Shown: positions 38,467 through 48,328 of the stretch, piece after piece | How positions within the stretch are numbered: the first letter of the stretch is position 1 | Layout of the letters: each line of letters begins with the position of its first letter | Notes under the pieces: model-generated | The model's input: only the letters and a program-made list of their open reading frames with translations | Database searches by the model: none | Told to the model about the DNA's origin: nothing | Program-made: the position numbers and the translations under genes | Source of the DNA: an uncultured Planctomycetia bacterium | GTDB taxonomy: Bacteria > Omnitrophota > Gorgyraeia > Duberdicusellales > 4484-171 | NCBI GenBank assembly: GCA_964629655.1 | Contig: CAZVQU010000002.1 | Coordinates: 298,840 to 362,839 of the forward strand | DNA length: 64,000 bases | Direction: 5' to 3'

Positions 38467-39747
38467 CTACCCTCTTTTTTTCTTTAACTTTCTTGCCGGA
38501 ATACCCACTACTACCGTATTGGGTTTAACGTTTTTTGTGACAACGCTCCCAGCACCAGTAACTGCACCTTTGCCTATTTTAAGTGGAGCCACCAAGACAG
38601 TATCTGACCCAATAAAAGCACCTTCGTTAATGTCGGTTTTCTGCTTAGACCTACCGTCGTAATTAGCGACTACGGTACCAGCACCGATATTAACCTTATC
38701 AGCTATTCGTGTATCTCCCAAATAGCCAAAGTGCTTTATTCTTACCTTCTTTCCTACTTGGGTACGGTTTATTTCCAGAAAGTTGCCCACCTGAGTATTA
38801 TCACCAACAGAGCTATTCCCACGTATATGTACAAAAGGACCCAGGGAACAATTGGTGCCAATTATAGCACCTTTCTCAATGAAGGTAAAGGGATAAATTA
38901 TGGTATTTTTCCCAATTCTGACCCCGGCGTCAACAAAGGTAACTTCCGGGTCAATAATCTTAACCCCTTTTGTTGCTAGCTCCTCTAATACCTTCTGGCG
39001 CATTAATTTATTGACTTTCCAAAGGTCTTTTTGGTTATTTATGCCCAAGATTTCCTCGGCTCTATCTAGAAAATGGGCCTCCATCTTTTCTCTTCTCCCA
39101 TAAAGAATTTCTACGATATCAGTAAGAAAATACTCTTTCTTCCTCTTATTCTTCTTTATTCTCGGAAGGTTTTCCCCTAAAATTTTCCTTTTAAAGCAAT
39201 ATATTCCGCTATTCACCTCTTCGTTAAAAGAGCCTCTCGTCCGGTTAGAACTACTAGTAACCTTTTCTCTGATTCCCTTTACCTTACCTTCTTTATCTCT
39301 TACAATGACGCCTAAAGAATTATCGACGCTTACATCAGCGGTAAGCACGGAACAAGAGAGCTTCTTCTTTAAAAAGGATCTGATAAAAGCCTTAAGCGTC
39401 TCGGCGCTTATTAAGGGAGTATCGGTGCAGAGAACTAAAACATTATTATGTTTTATCTTTTTGTAAGCTAGGGCTAAAGCGTTAGCGGTTCCTAACATTT
39501 TAGGTTGGTAAGCAAATTTTATCTTTGTTTTGCCCGAAAAAGATTTCTTTACCTCTTGCCGAACCTCTTTAGCCTTATACCCTACTACAACAATTATCTC
39601 CTTAAGGTATCTCTTTAGCTTCAACGCTTCCTCTAAAGGATAATGGATTAAAGCCCGGCCTAATAAGTCACAAAGGGCTTTAGGCAAAGCTGATTTCATT
39701 CTCTTGCCCTTGCCGCCGGCTAAAATTACCACTGTAAAATCATTCAT
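38467..39747 (-). CDS. glmU: bifunctional UDP-N-acetylglucosamine pyrophosphorylase / glucosamine-1-phosphate N-acetyltransferase
   Basis: 426 aa. N-terminal VVILAGGKGKRMKS nucleotidyltransferase + C-terminal hexapeptide-repeat acetyltransferase. Sits in the glmU-prs-ctc-pth order. Confidence 0.85.
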   Translation of the reverse strand: MNDFTVVILAGGKGKRMKSALPKALCDLLGRALIHYPLEEALKLKRYLKEIIVVVGYKAKEVRQEVKKSFSGKTKIKFAYQPKMLGTANALALAYKKIKHNNVLVLCTDTPLISAETLKAFIRSFLKKKLSCSVLTADVSVDNSLGVIVRDKEGKVKGIREKVTSSSNRTRGSFNEEVNSGIYCFKRKILGENLPRIKKNKRKKEYFLTDIVEILYGRREKMEAHFLDRAEEILGINNQKDLWKVNKLMRQKVLEELATKGVKIIDPEVTFVDAGVRIGKNTIIYPFTFIEKGAIIGTNCSLGPFVHIRGNSSVGDNTQVGNFLEINRTQVGKKVRIKHFGYLGDTRIADKVNIGAGTVVANYDGRSKQKTDINEGAFIGSDTVLVAPLKIGKGAVTGAGSVVTKNVKPNTVVVGIPARKLKKKRG

Positions 39748-39804
39748 TATTACCTACTTATTATCAACTTACTATTTCCGCCTTAAAACTTAAAGCTAAA
39801 TTTT

Positions 39805-39879
39805 TGGTTGCCCGGCCTGGACTCGAACCAGGAAACTCAGCTCCAAAAGCTGATGTGTTACCGATTACACTACCGGGCA
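39805..39879 (-). tRNA. tRNA-Gln (anticodon TTG)
   Basis: Reverse complement reads TGCCCGGTAGTGTAATCGGTAACACATCAGCTTTTGGAGCTGAG...CCTGGTTCGAGTCCAGGCCGGGCAACCA. It has the anticodon loop CT-TTG-GA, a T-arm GGTTCGAGTCC and an encoded CCA end. Confidence 0.85.
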
Positions 39880-39936
39880 GTCAGTTTTAGATTATAGACT
39901 ATGAGTTCTTAATGAATTTATCTCTGTGTATATTTC

Positions 39937-40362
39937 CTACTCTCTCTCGTTTCCTTCCCCTGCTGCAGCCTCTTCCTTGGCAGGCTTTTCCCTCGGCGAT
40001 GCCTTCTCATCATGGTAAGCATCTAAAACCTTACTTTGTAGGTAATCGCGAAATTCCTGGTTGATAGGATGTGCTAAATCTTGATGAGTGGTGTGCCGGC
40101 TGTCTTCTGACTCCCTAGGAGGAGGAGGTAATTGCACTCCGCAATGGTTACAGTACTGGCTGCCAACATCAACCTTCTTGCCGCAACGAGGACAAAATTG
40201 CTTCAACTTCCTTGCTGGCATCGCAACAAATAAACCATTGTTACCTTCAATAACCTTGATGTTTCTTACCACAAAGGAGTTATCAAAGGTGATTGTTGCA
40301 TAAGCCTTAAGTCTCTTGCCCTCACTTTCTCGAAGAGAAACTCTGACTTCCGTGATCTCCAT
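39937..40362 (-). CDS. spoVG: SpoVG-family protein with inserted zinc-ribbon and acidic/Pro-rich C-terminal extension
   Basis: 141 aa. MEITEVRVSL...GNNGLFVAMPARK and DLAHPINQEFRDYLQSKVLDAY match SpoVG. Between them, CPRCGKKVDVGSQYCNHCG (C-x2-C-x10-C-x2-C) is inserted where B. subtilis SpoVG has a short loop. Confidence 0.75.
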   Translation of the reverse strand: MEITEVRVSLRESEGKRLKAYATITFDNSFVVRNIKVIEGNNGLFVAMPARKLKQFCPRCGKKVDVGSQYCNHCGVQLPPPPRESEDSRHTTHQDLAHPINQEFRDYLQSKVLDAYHDEKASPREKPAKEEAAAGEGNERE

Positions 40363-40431
40363 AGAACTTACCTCCTTTTAATGAAACTGCAATTTTTCAA
40401 ACTAATGATGCAGAAAAATTGCCTAGCTGAA

Positions 40432-41331
40432 TTAAAAAGTATTAACTTCAAATACGGACCACTTTTTGGGTATCAATCTCTTCATCTTAGACAAAGAGAT
40501 ACTATTGCCAACTGTATAAAAAGCACTGCCTGAACCAGTTACTTTTGCAAAGATATCTCTTTTCTCCAAACAGATCTTCGCTCGCCGCATCTGGACATAA
40601 AGAGAAAGAGCCCTTTTCTCCAAAGCATTAAAAATGCTCTTTTTAATTAAAGGAATATCCCCTTTCTTCAAAGCGTACTGCATTATATTAACATTATTAA
40701 AAAATTTTGTCAATTTTACTCTCAGGCCGGTATAAACCCTTTTAGTAGATATAGATATGCCTGGGAAGATAATAAAATGGCTGAATTTCTTCCTTATCTT
40801 CAAAGGGGTTACCTTCTCGCCTCTACCGGTAAGAAGAGCAAATTTACTTTCAGAAAGAAAGAAGTTAACGTCGCTACCTAATTGTCTACCCAACGGATAA
40901 AACCCCTCGCTTTTTAGCCCTAAATCAAGAAGCTGATTTAATCCTAAAAGAGTAGAAGCGGCATTAGATGAACCTCCCCCTAAACCAGCACCTATAGGGA
41001 TTCTTTTCTTAAGGGAAATATCAAAACCGAAAGGAATTTTGAATCTCTTCTTTAGAAGCTGAGCGGCTTTAAATACAAGATTATCATCGGTTTCAAGACT
41101 TTTAAGGTTTGACGATAATTTTATTACTGGGGTTGACCTTAGCCTGATTGAAATCTGATCACATAAAGAGATACGCTCAACAATGCTCTCTATCCGGTGG
41201 AACCCACCGGGACCGGGATACTTTCCTTTTATATTAAGGTAAAGATTAACTTTGGCCGGGCTTAAAATTTTAATTTTACTACCGCAAAAACTCTTGTGCT
41301 TTTTCAGCGATACTATTAGCGGAGAGGCCAT
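40432..41331 (-). CDS. ispE: 4-diphosphocytidyl-2-C-methyl-D-erythritol kinase
   Basis: 299 aa GHMP kinase. KILSPAKVNLYL start region, PIGAGLGGGSSNAA motif. The annotated ATG overlaps the upstream transketolase-C gene by 53 nt, so the true start is uncertain. Confidence 0.8.
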   Translation of the reverse strand: MASPLIVSLKKHKSFCGSKIKILSPAKVNLYLNIKGKYPGPGGFHRIESIVERISLCDQISIRLRSTPVIKLSSNLKSLETDDNLVFKAAQLLKKRFKIPFGFDISLKKRIPIGAGLGGGSSNAASTLLGLNQLLDLGLKSEGFYPLGRQLGSDVNFFLSESKFALLTGRGEKVTPLKIRKKFSHFIIFPGISISTKRVYTGLRVKLTKFFNNVNIMQYALKKGDIPLIKKSIFNALEKRALSLYVQMRRAKICLEKRDIFAKVTGSGSAFYTVGNSISLSKMKRLIPKKWSVFEVNTF

Positions 41332-42205
41332 AAAAATCCATCAACTCCTGAGGTGAACCGGATTGGCCAAATTCATCCTCTACCCCTATGGGTTTTACTT
41401 GCGTCGGGCACTTGCGAATCAGAACCTCAGAGACAGCTGAAAAGAGACCGCCGGTAATCTGGTGTTCTTCGCAAACAAGAACCTTCTTATGCTTTTTGGC
41501 AATACTTACCAGTAAATCTTCGTCAATCGGTTTTATGGTATGAAAATTTGCCACTGTTGTTGAGATCCCCTTATCTTTTAGAATCTTACTTGCCATTAGC
41601 GACTCATTAACCATAATACCGCAGGTAATTATTGCTAAATCCTTGCCCTCTTCAATTATCTGCCCCTTTCCAAAGGCAAAATTGCTCTTCCTTTGAAAGG
41701 TAGGAACTTTTGAACGGCCTAAACGAATATAAAAAGGTCCGGGAATCCGATAAGCTGTAATAACTGCTTCTCTGGTTTGCCGAGCATCAGCAGGCACAAT
41801 TATCTTCATATTAGGAATTGCTCTAAAAAGATTAATATCCTCTAAAGCCTGGTGCGACGCTCCATCTTCGCCCACAGTTATTCCTCCATGTGTAGCCACA
41901 ATCTTAACATTAAAGTTATTGTAGCAAATTGTATTTCTCACCTGATCGAGTGCCCGGGCGGTAGCAAACATAGCAAAAGTAGAAGCAAAAACAACTTTAC
42001 CGCAACTAGCTAAACCAGCAGCAGTAGCCATCATATTCTGCTCAGCAACACCGAAGTTGAAAAACCTTTCGGGAAACTCTCGGGCAAAAAAAGCAGTACG
42101 GGTTGAGCCAGAAAGATCAGCATCTAAAACAACTATATCCTTATGCTTCTGGCCTAATTCCAGGAGTGTCTTTCCGTAAAAATCGCGGGCGTATAATTTT
42201 TCCAT
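41279..42205 (-). CDS. transketolase, C-terminal (pyrimidine-binding) subunit
   Basis: 308 aa. GKTLLELGQKHKDIVVLDADLSGST...EQNMM is typical of split transketolase TktB-type subunits. Confidence 0.85.
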   Translation of the reverse strand: MEKLYARDFYGKTLLELGQKHKDIVVLDADLSGSTRTAFFAREFPERFFNFGVAEQNMMATAAGLASCGKVVFASTFAMFATARALDQVRNTICYNNFNVKIVATHGGITVGEDGASHQALEDINLFRAIPNMKIIVPADARQTREAVITAYRIPGPFYIRLGRSKVPTFQRKSNFAFGKGQIIEEGKDLAIITCGIMVNESLMASKILKDKGISTTVANFHTIKPIDEDLLVSIAKKHKKVLVCEEHQITGGLFSAVSEVLIRKCPTQVKPIGVEDEFGQSGSPQELMDFYGLSANSIAEKAQEFLR

Positions 42206-42240
42206 TTTTGTTTAGTCCTATCTGTAAGGTACGATTTAAT

Positions 42241-43065
42241 CTAAGTGCCGTTTTTCTCTAACTCGCCTAAGGCAATAGTTTTTTCCTCTTGGGTAGGAGC
42301 TCTTCCGTGAAAATCAACTACGTGCTCCATAAAAAATACACCTTTTCCCTTAACTGTCTCGGCAATAATTACCGTCGGTTTTTGCTTAATCGTCTTTGCT
42401 TCAGAAAAAGCCCGGAGTAATTCCTCTATGCTATGTCCATCACACTGAATAGTATGCCAACCAAAAGATCTCCATTTATCGGCTATAGGCGTTAAATTCA
42501 TTACTTCTTCAGTTCGTCCATCAATCTGAAAGTGATTGCGGTCGACGATCCCACAAAGATTATCTAGTTTAAAATGAGCCGCTGACATTGCTGCTTCCCA
42601 CACATTTCCCTCTTGAAGCTCGCCATCACCCATAAGACAATAGACTCGAGTATCCCTTTTGTCCATCTTAGCAGCCATGCTCATGCCACACGCAACCGAT
42701 AACCCCTGGCCTAAAGATCCACTGGCTACTTCTATTCCCGGGGTCCCTCGATCAGGATGGCCCTGGAGAAGGCAGCCAATTTTTCTTAACTTCATCAACT
42801 CCTCAGCAGGAAAATATCCGCTCAAAGCTAAACCAGAATAAACAGCCGGACAACAATGCCCCTTGGAAAGATGAAACCTGTCCCTTTCTGGCCAATTAGG
42901 ATCTTGGGGATTATGCCGCATAACTTCAAAGTAAAGGCAAGCAACAATCTCTGTAGACGAAAGAGACCCTCCCGGATGCCCGCTCTTAGCCTCAGTCAAC
43001 ATCTCAATGATCAATTTTCGGATTGTATTAGCCTTATCCTTTAGGAAGGATATCTTCTTTTCCAT
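42241..43065 (-). CDS. transketolase, N-terminal (TPP-binding) subunit
   Basis: 274 aa. GHPGGSLS, GDGELQEG TPP-binding motifs. Confidence 0.85.
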   Translation of the reverse strand: MEKKISFLKDKANTIRKLIIEMLTEAKSGHPGGSLSSTEIVACLYFEVMRHNPQDPNWPERDRFHLSKGHCCPAVYSGLALSGYFPAEELMKLRKIGCLLQGHPDRGTPGIEVASGSLGQGLSVACGMSMAAKMDKRDTRVYCLMGDGELQEGNVWEAAMSAAHFKLDNLCGIVDRNHFQIDGRTEEVMNLTPIADKWRSFGWHTIQCDGHSIEELLRAFSEAKTIKQKPTVIIAETVKGKGVFFMEHVVDFHGRAPTQEEKTIALGELEKNGT

Positions 43066-44002
43066 ATTTTTTAAGTTTTAACTCCAAGCTCTTATCGTTG
43101 GGGAAACGCGAAAGCCCTTCTTGGTAATAACGAACCCCTTCCTCTTGATTGCCCAACCCAATATAAATATCTCCGAGGTGTTCGTACACATCAGGATCTT
43201 TGATCAAGCCTACAGCTTTAAGGGTGTACTCCTTGGCCTTTTCGAGATCCCCTTTTTTATAATAAACCCACCCTAAACTATCCAAATAGGCTCCGTTTTG
43301 CGGCTCTTCCTTCAAACTTTTTTTTACCATTTCTTCAGCTAGGTCAAGTTTAATTCCTTCCTGAGCATAGGTATAACCTAAACAATTTAAAATCGGAGCG
43401 AAAGAAGAATCAATAGCTGCTCCTCTCTCCCATGCTTCTAAAGCCTTGCTTCGTTGCCCGCAATCTTCATAGAGAGAGCCCAGCCAAAAAAGCGCTTCAA
43501 CATAATCAGGATTACTTTCTAAAATCTTCTCGTATACGTCAATTGCCTCTTGAGGTCTCTTCTTGTAAAAATAGAATTGCGCTAGATATTCGGATATACC
43601 TATGCTTTTAGGTTTCTTATCGTGGGCTTTCTTCAGGAAAGCCTCATATTCGATCTCTAGATCTTCATCCCTCTGACCATATGAGTAGACGAAGATTAGG
43701 GCTAAGGGAAGATCCAAATTATCAGGATCGATTTCTTTAGCTTCTTTTAACACTGCTTCAGCTTCGTCAAGACGATTCAAGCGAATCAAAACTGAAGCAA
43801 TTTTTAGACGGATATGAATAGATTGAGGGTCGCTAGCCTGAGCAAGCTCTAGCTCTTCTAAGCCTTTAAGGTGTTCTCCTTTTTCAGCATAAAGAAGTCC
43901 TTTTAAGTAACTACCGTAAAGCTTGGTAAGAGACCTTTGACTTTGGGAAAAAGATAAAGGTGCGATGAGACATAGAATAATGAAACTCAGAAAAAATCTC
44001 AT
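43034..44002 (-). CDS. TPR-repeat protein (secreted)
   Basis: 322 aa. Signal peptide. Multiple 34-aa TPR-like repeats (W-LG-Y, A-F-A-P patterns). Confidence 0.6.
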   Translation of the reverse strand: MRFFLSFIILCLIAPLSFSQSQRSLTKLYGSYLKGLLYAEKGEHLKGLEELELAQASDPQSIHIRLKIASVLIRLNRLDEAEAVLKEAKEIDPDNLDLPLALIFVYSYGQRDEDLEIEYEAFLKKAHDKKPKSIGISEYLAQFYFYKKRPQEAIDVYEKILESNPDYVEALFWLGSLYEDCGQRSKALEAWERGAAIDSSFAPILNCLGYTYAQEGIKLDLAEEMVKKSLKEEPQNGAYLDSLGWVYYKKGDLEKAKEYTLKAVGLIKDPDVYEHLGDIYIGLGNQEEGVRYYQEGLSRFPNDKSLELKLKKYGKEDILPKG

Positions 44003-44120
44003 TGATGATTATTTAGACTTATGCCTTTGTTGTTTTCTTCTTTTTTTAAACCAGTGTCTTTTTACTTTTTTTAGTTTTTTTTTCTTTCCGCAAGGCATAT
44101 TTACTCCCTTAGCCTATATA

Positions 44121-44996
44121 TCAATAGATGACCTTATTTAAAGGGTACTCAATTATTCCTTGAGCTCCATTTTCCTTTAATAAAGGTAAAATTTTACGTA
44201 CCTGGCTCTCTTCGACAATAACCTCACAAGCAACCCAGTTCTTTACGGTCAGGTGAGAAATTGTTGGCTTCTTTAATGCTGGAAGAATAGATAAAACCTT
44301 ATCTACATTCTCCTTCCTAACATTTAGCTTAAGGCCAACTTTAGCTCTAGCTTCCAAGGCCCCTTTTAGAAGCAGCAAAACCTGCTGCATTTTTTTCTTC
44401 TTCCACTTATTTTTATAAGAAGACTTATTGGCAATAAACTGAGTAGTGGAAGTACATACCGTATCAATTATCTTTAAGCCGTTGGCTCGCAGGCTTGCGC
44501 CAGTCTCGGTAAGCTCAACTATTGCATCAACTAGACCACTTTTTACCTTAACTTCAGTAGCACCCCAACTAAACTCTACGTCTAGGTCTATCTTTTTAGC
44601 TTTAAAAAATCTCTTAGTATACTTTAATAGCTCTGTGGCTACCCGTTTGCCTTTTAAATCCTTCAATTTCTTTATTCGGGAATCCTCTCTTACTGCAACT
44701 ACCCACCTTACCGGATTAAGCGTCTGCTTAGCGTAAGGCAGCTGAGACAATTTCAGAACACTTGAGCCATTCTCTAAAATCCAATCTTCACCGGTAATGC
44801 CGCAGTCTAAGACCCCTTCTTCAACGTAGCGAGACATCTCCTGAGCCCGGATAAGCACAACTTTAATCTCAACATCATCAATAGAAGGGAAATATGACCG
44901 TGAGCTTAGGTAAATATTGAAACCAGCCATACGGAAAAGTTCTAAGGTCTTCTCCTGCAGGCTCCCCTTGGGTATTCCTAATTTTAATGTCATCAT
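44121..44996 (-). CDS. hisG: ATP phosphoribosyltransferase (long form)
   Basis: 291 aa. [12 protein letters not shown]...[13 protein letters not shown]-terminal regulatory domain. No other his genes adjacent. Confidence 0.8.
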   Translation of the reverse strand: MMTLKLGIPKGSLQEKTLELFRMAGFNIYLSSRSYFPSIDDVEIKVVLIRAQEMSRYVEEGVLDCGITGEDWILENGSSVLKLSQLPYAKQTLNPVRWVVAVREDSRIKKLKDLKGKRVATELLKYTKRFFKAKKIDLDVEFSWGATEVKVKSGLVDAIVELTETGASLRANGLKIIDTVCTSTTQFIANKSSYKNKWKKKKMQQVLLLLKGALEARAKVGLKLNVRKENVDKVLSILPALKKPTISHLTVKNWVACEVIVEESQVRKILPLLKENGAQGIIEYPLNKVIY

Positions 44997-45283
44997 ATAT
45001 ACTCCTTAAAGAAACAAATTATACAATGCCCATATTGACTTGTAAAGGGAAATATTAAGCCAGTCATATAAATGAATTGAAAACGATTTCAGGAAATGGT
45101 TCACAACCCCTTGAAAGACAAGTAAAAAGGATGTTATGCTTTAATAAGGATTCCTTTCTAGGGATCAAATGCCACGGGCCCTCTCCCTTTTAGGGAGGGG
45201 GTTTCTTTTAAAATGAAAATAGCGCTTCCACCTTAGCAGATAAAAGCGCTATTATCTTTCTAGTACTTAAACTCTAAAATACC

Positions 45284-46732
45284 CTATTTTACCTCTTGAA
45301 CGGTTGAACAACACTCGCCCCCGCATCCTGATTCTTGCGGACATTGGCCGGTCCAACAATAGAGACAAAGCTCATTCTTAGGCAAACCAATAGCCTCAAC
45401 CATATCACCCACAGTTTGATATCTAAGGGTAGTAACTCCCAAGTCTTTAGCGATCCACTTTATCATCTTTTTATACTTTTCAGAGTTACAATCGGTGTAT
45501 TCAGAGACATCTTCTAAATCATGGCCCTCAATACTGCGGATAGCTTTTCTGGCAGCAAGTTCATCAATGCTGCGAGTAGACAGATTAAACCGGCAAGGAA
45601 ACATCAAGGGCGGACAAGCCGGCCTTACGTGGACTTCCTTAGCGCCAGAATCCCAAAGCTTCTTTACGGTAAAATTCTTAAGCTGGGTTCCCCTGACTAT
45701 CGAATCATCACAAACAATAATTTTATTGCCTTCGATTATCTCCTTTATAGGAATAAGTTTCATCTTGGCAACCAAATCACGTGTCTCTTGAGAAGGCGGA
45801 GTATAGCTTCTTCCATACCCCGGGGTATATTTTATTAGTGGTCGCCGATAAGGGCTACCGCTCTCCATAGCATACCCTATAGCATGAGCAGTCCCTGAAT
45901 CAGGAACCCCGGAAACTACATCTACACTAATATCTTTATCATGCTTAGCCAAGGCCCGTCCGCATCTCTCTCTTACCACCTCGGTATTGATTCCTTCATA
46001 GCTTGAGGCAGGAAAGCCTGTATAAATCCACAAGAAGGCACAAATTTGTTTTATGCCTCTACCGGGCTTTTTTTGATTCATGCCTTTTTCGTTTATTAGA
46101 ACTATTTCGCCGGGCTCTAAACACTTAACTACTTTAAAATCGCTATTAGGAAAAGCACAGGTTTCAGAAGTAACAGCCACGGCATCACTGCGTTTTCCGA
46201 CTATAAGAGGAGTGTAGCCAAGCCTATCCCTAGCAGCATAAACTCCATCTTTATGCAGCAATAGCAGCGAACAAGAACCCCTAATCTGATCAAACATTTT
46301 CTCAATACCATCTATTAAATCACTACCCTGGCTTATGAGCTTTGCTATAAGTTCTGCGTCGTTGACCTCGCCTTTGCTTACCTCAGCAAAAGATACTCCT
46401 TCTCTAAAAAGGCCTGCTATTAACTCTGACTTATTTTCAATAAATCCATTGGTAACTACACAAAAAGGACCAAACTTAGAGTTTAAATATATCGGTTGCT
46501 CTTCGGAGGCGCTGATAACACCAATACCTTTGTTACCTCTCATGTGCTGATAATCATCATAGAATTTTGACTTAAATTGACTCTGAGATATCTTGTGTAT
46601 CTGCCGTTTGAATCCATCACCAAGAACTGCCATGCCTCCATACTCAGTTCCTAGATGGGAGTGATAATCGGTACAATAAAACAGGGTATCTACGCAATCT
46701 TTCTTCGAAACTACACCAAAAATTCCGCTCAT
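45284..46732 (-). CDS. amidophosphoribosyltransferase-like protein (class II GATase + PRTase) with Ser replacing the N-terminal catalytic Cys and a Cys-rich C-terminal tail
   Basis: 482 aa. Starts MSGIFGV (RBS GGAGGT 7 nt upstream), where PurF has MCGI(V/F)G. GNKGIGVISASEEQPIYLNS aligns to PurF GNMGIGHVRY...SEAQPFYVNS. PRPP-binding loop IIVCDDSIVRGTQLK. The C-terminus CLYCWTGQCPQESGCGGECC is unlike canonical PurF. Confidence 0.7.
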   Translation of the reverse strand: MSGIFGVVSKKDCVDTLFYCTDYHSHLGTEYGGMAVLGDGFKRQIHKISQSQFKSKFYDDYQHMRGNKGIGVISASEEQPIYLNSKFGPFCVVTNGFIENKSELIAGLFREGVSFAEVSKGEVNDAELIAKLISQGSDLIDGIEKMFDQIRGSCSLLLLHKDGVYAARDRLGYTPLIVGKRSDAVAVTSETCAFPNSDFKVVKCLEPGEIVLINEKGMNQKKPGRGIKQICAFLWIYTGFPASSYEGINTEVVRERCGRALAKHDKDISVDVVSGVPDSGTAHAIGYAMESGSPYRRPLIKYTPGYGRSYTPPSQETRDLVAKMKLIPIKEIIEGNKIIVCDDSIVRGTQLKNFTVKKLWDSGAKEVHVRPACPPLMFPCRFNLSTRSIDELAARKAIRSIEGHDLEDVSEYTDCNSEKYKKMIKWIAKDLGVTTLRYQTVGDMVEAIGLPKNELCLYCWTGQCPQESGCGGECCSTVQEVK

Positions 46733-46804
46733 TTTATGACCTCCACTTTTTGGGAACGGTTCTCTAACCTAAATGCACCCTAGCAAGCAGGAAACTGTAT
46801 CCTA

Positions 46805-48328
46805 TTACGCTACAAAAAGACTCTTGGAAGAAAAGTTTGGTTCACTGGTAAGATTAACCCCTAGCTTACGCAACCCAGCTTCATCGCCCGGCGTAGGCAT
46901 ATGAGTTGCATGTACCTCACATCCTCCAAGTTCCTTAAGTTTCTCCATAGCCAATTGAGACGTTGGATTAGTAGTCGCACTAATGCTTAAGGCAATTAAA
47001 GCCTCTTCTAAATCTAAGCTTATTGTTTTAGTACCAGAAAGACCTTTCTTTAACTTTCCTATTGACTCTATTATTGTCGGCGATAAGAGATGGATCTTAT
47101 CCGGAATCTCTGCTAGCTCTTTTATAGCATTAAGAACCAGGCTAGCTGTTGCATGCATAAGATTGGAATTCTTCCCGGTAACTATCTTACCACTTTTAAG
47201 CTCGATAGCCACACCGCAAAAAACCCCACCATGCCCTTTCTTCTTATCTTGGGCCTCGCCAAGAGCATCATTTGCTGGTTTAACAACACAACGATCCTCA
47301 GGCTTAAGGTTTAGCTCTTCCATAAGTTCTTCTATCCGCTCAACTGTTCCCTTATCACTGAAACCCATTGCATATTCACATCTATATCTAAAAAATCTAC
47401 GAATGATCTCCTGTTTTGCTTCGCTCCTAACTGCAGCATCGTCCACAATTCCAAAACCGGCTCTATTTACCCCCATATCAGTAGGAGATTTATATATTGA
47501 TTCGGCTCCGGTAATCTTTTCTAAAATCCGCTCAACAAGAGGAAAAGCATCAACATCTCGATTATAGTTGATCGCTGTCTCCTTGTAAGTCTCTAAGTGA
47601 AAGGGGTCAACAAGGTTGAAATCTCGTAAATCTGCTGTTGCTGCCTCATAAGCTACATTAACCGGATGTTTAAGAGGAATATTCCAAATCGGAAAGGTCT
47701 CAAACTTCGCATAGCCTGCTTTTACTCCTCTTTTGTACTCATGATAGAGCTGACAAAGACAAGTGGCAAGTTTTCCGCTTCCCGGCCCAGGACCGGTAAC
47801 TACAACCAGAGGCTTGTCAGTCTCAATATAAGTATTCACACCATAGCCGGCATCACTTACGATTGAATCCACATCTGCAGGATAACCCTTGGTAAATGAA
47901 TGGGTATAAACCTTTATGTTCCTGCGTTCTAATTTATTTTTAAAGATTTTAGCTGAAGTTTGATTATCGAAACGAGTTATTACCACTGCTGCTATGTTAA
48001 TATCCCAACTTCTTAGGTCATCAATCAATTTTAAAGCATCAACATCATAGGTAATACCAAAATCAGCCCTAACTTTTCTTCTTTCAATATCGCCGGCATA
48101 TATGCAAAGAATAATGTCAGCTTTATCTTTAAGCTTCTGCAAAAGCCTCATCTTTACATTAGGGTCAAATCCTGGCAAGACTCTTGAAGCATGGTAATCA
48201 AAGACAATCTTACCACCGAATTCAAGGTAGAGCTTATTGTCAAACCTCTCGACTCGCTCTAATATGGCTTTGGTTTGCTCTTTGAGATATTTTTCATTAT
48301 CAAAGCCTAACCGCTTAGCCATTATCAC
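46805..48328 (-). CDS. UPF0371 / DUF1846 family protein
   Basis: 507 aa. [62 protein letters not shown] and SPTDMGVN closely match remembered UPF0371 proteins of Firmicutes. Confidence 0.75.
   Translation of the reverse strand: MIMAKRLGFDNEKYLKEQTKAILERVERFDNKLYLEFGGKIVFDYHASRVLPGFDPNVKMRLLQKLKDKADIILCIYAGDIERRKVRADFGITYDVDALKLIDDLRSWDINIAAVVITRFDNQTSAKIFKNKLERRNIKVYTHSFTKGYPADVDSIVSDAGYGVNTYIETDKPLVVVTGPGPGSGKLATCLCQLYHEYKRGVKAGYAKFETFPIWNIPLKHPVNVAYEAATADLRDFNLVDPFHLETYKETAINYNRDVDAFPLVERILEKITGAESIYKSPTDMGVNRAGFGIVDDAAVRSEAKQEIIRRFFRYRCEYAMGFSDKGTVERIEELMEELNLKPEDRCVVKPANDALGEAQDKKKGHGGVFCGVAIELKSGKIVTGKNSNLMHATASLVLNAIKELAEIPDKIHLLSPTIIESIGKLKKGLSGTKTISLDLEEALIALSISATTNPTSQLAMEKLKELGGCEVHATHMPTPGDEAGLRKLGVNLTSEPNFSSKSLFVA

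Noticed and set aside
41279-41331. ispE / transketolase-C 53-nt overlap as evidence of a frameshifted pseudogene
   Set aside because: Both proteins are full length with intact motifs. The overlap more likely reflects an unidentified downstream non-ATG start for ispE or a genuine overlap.
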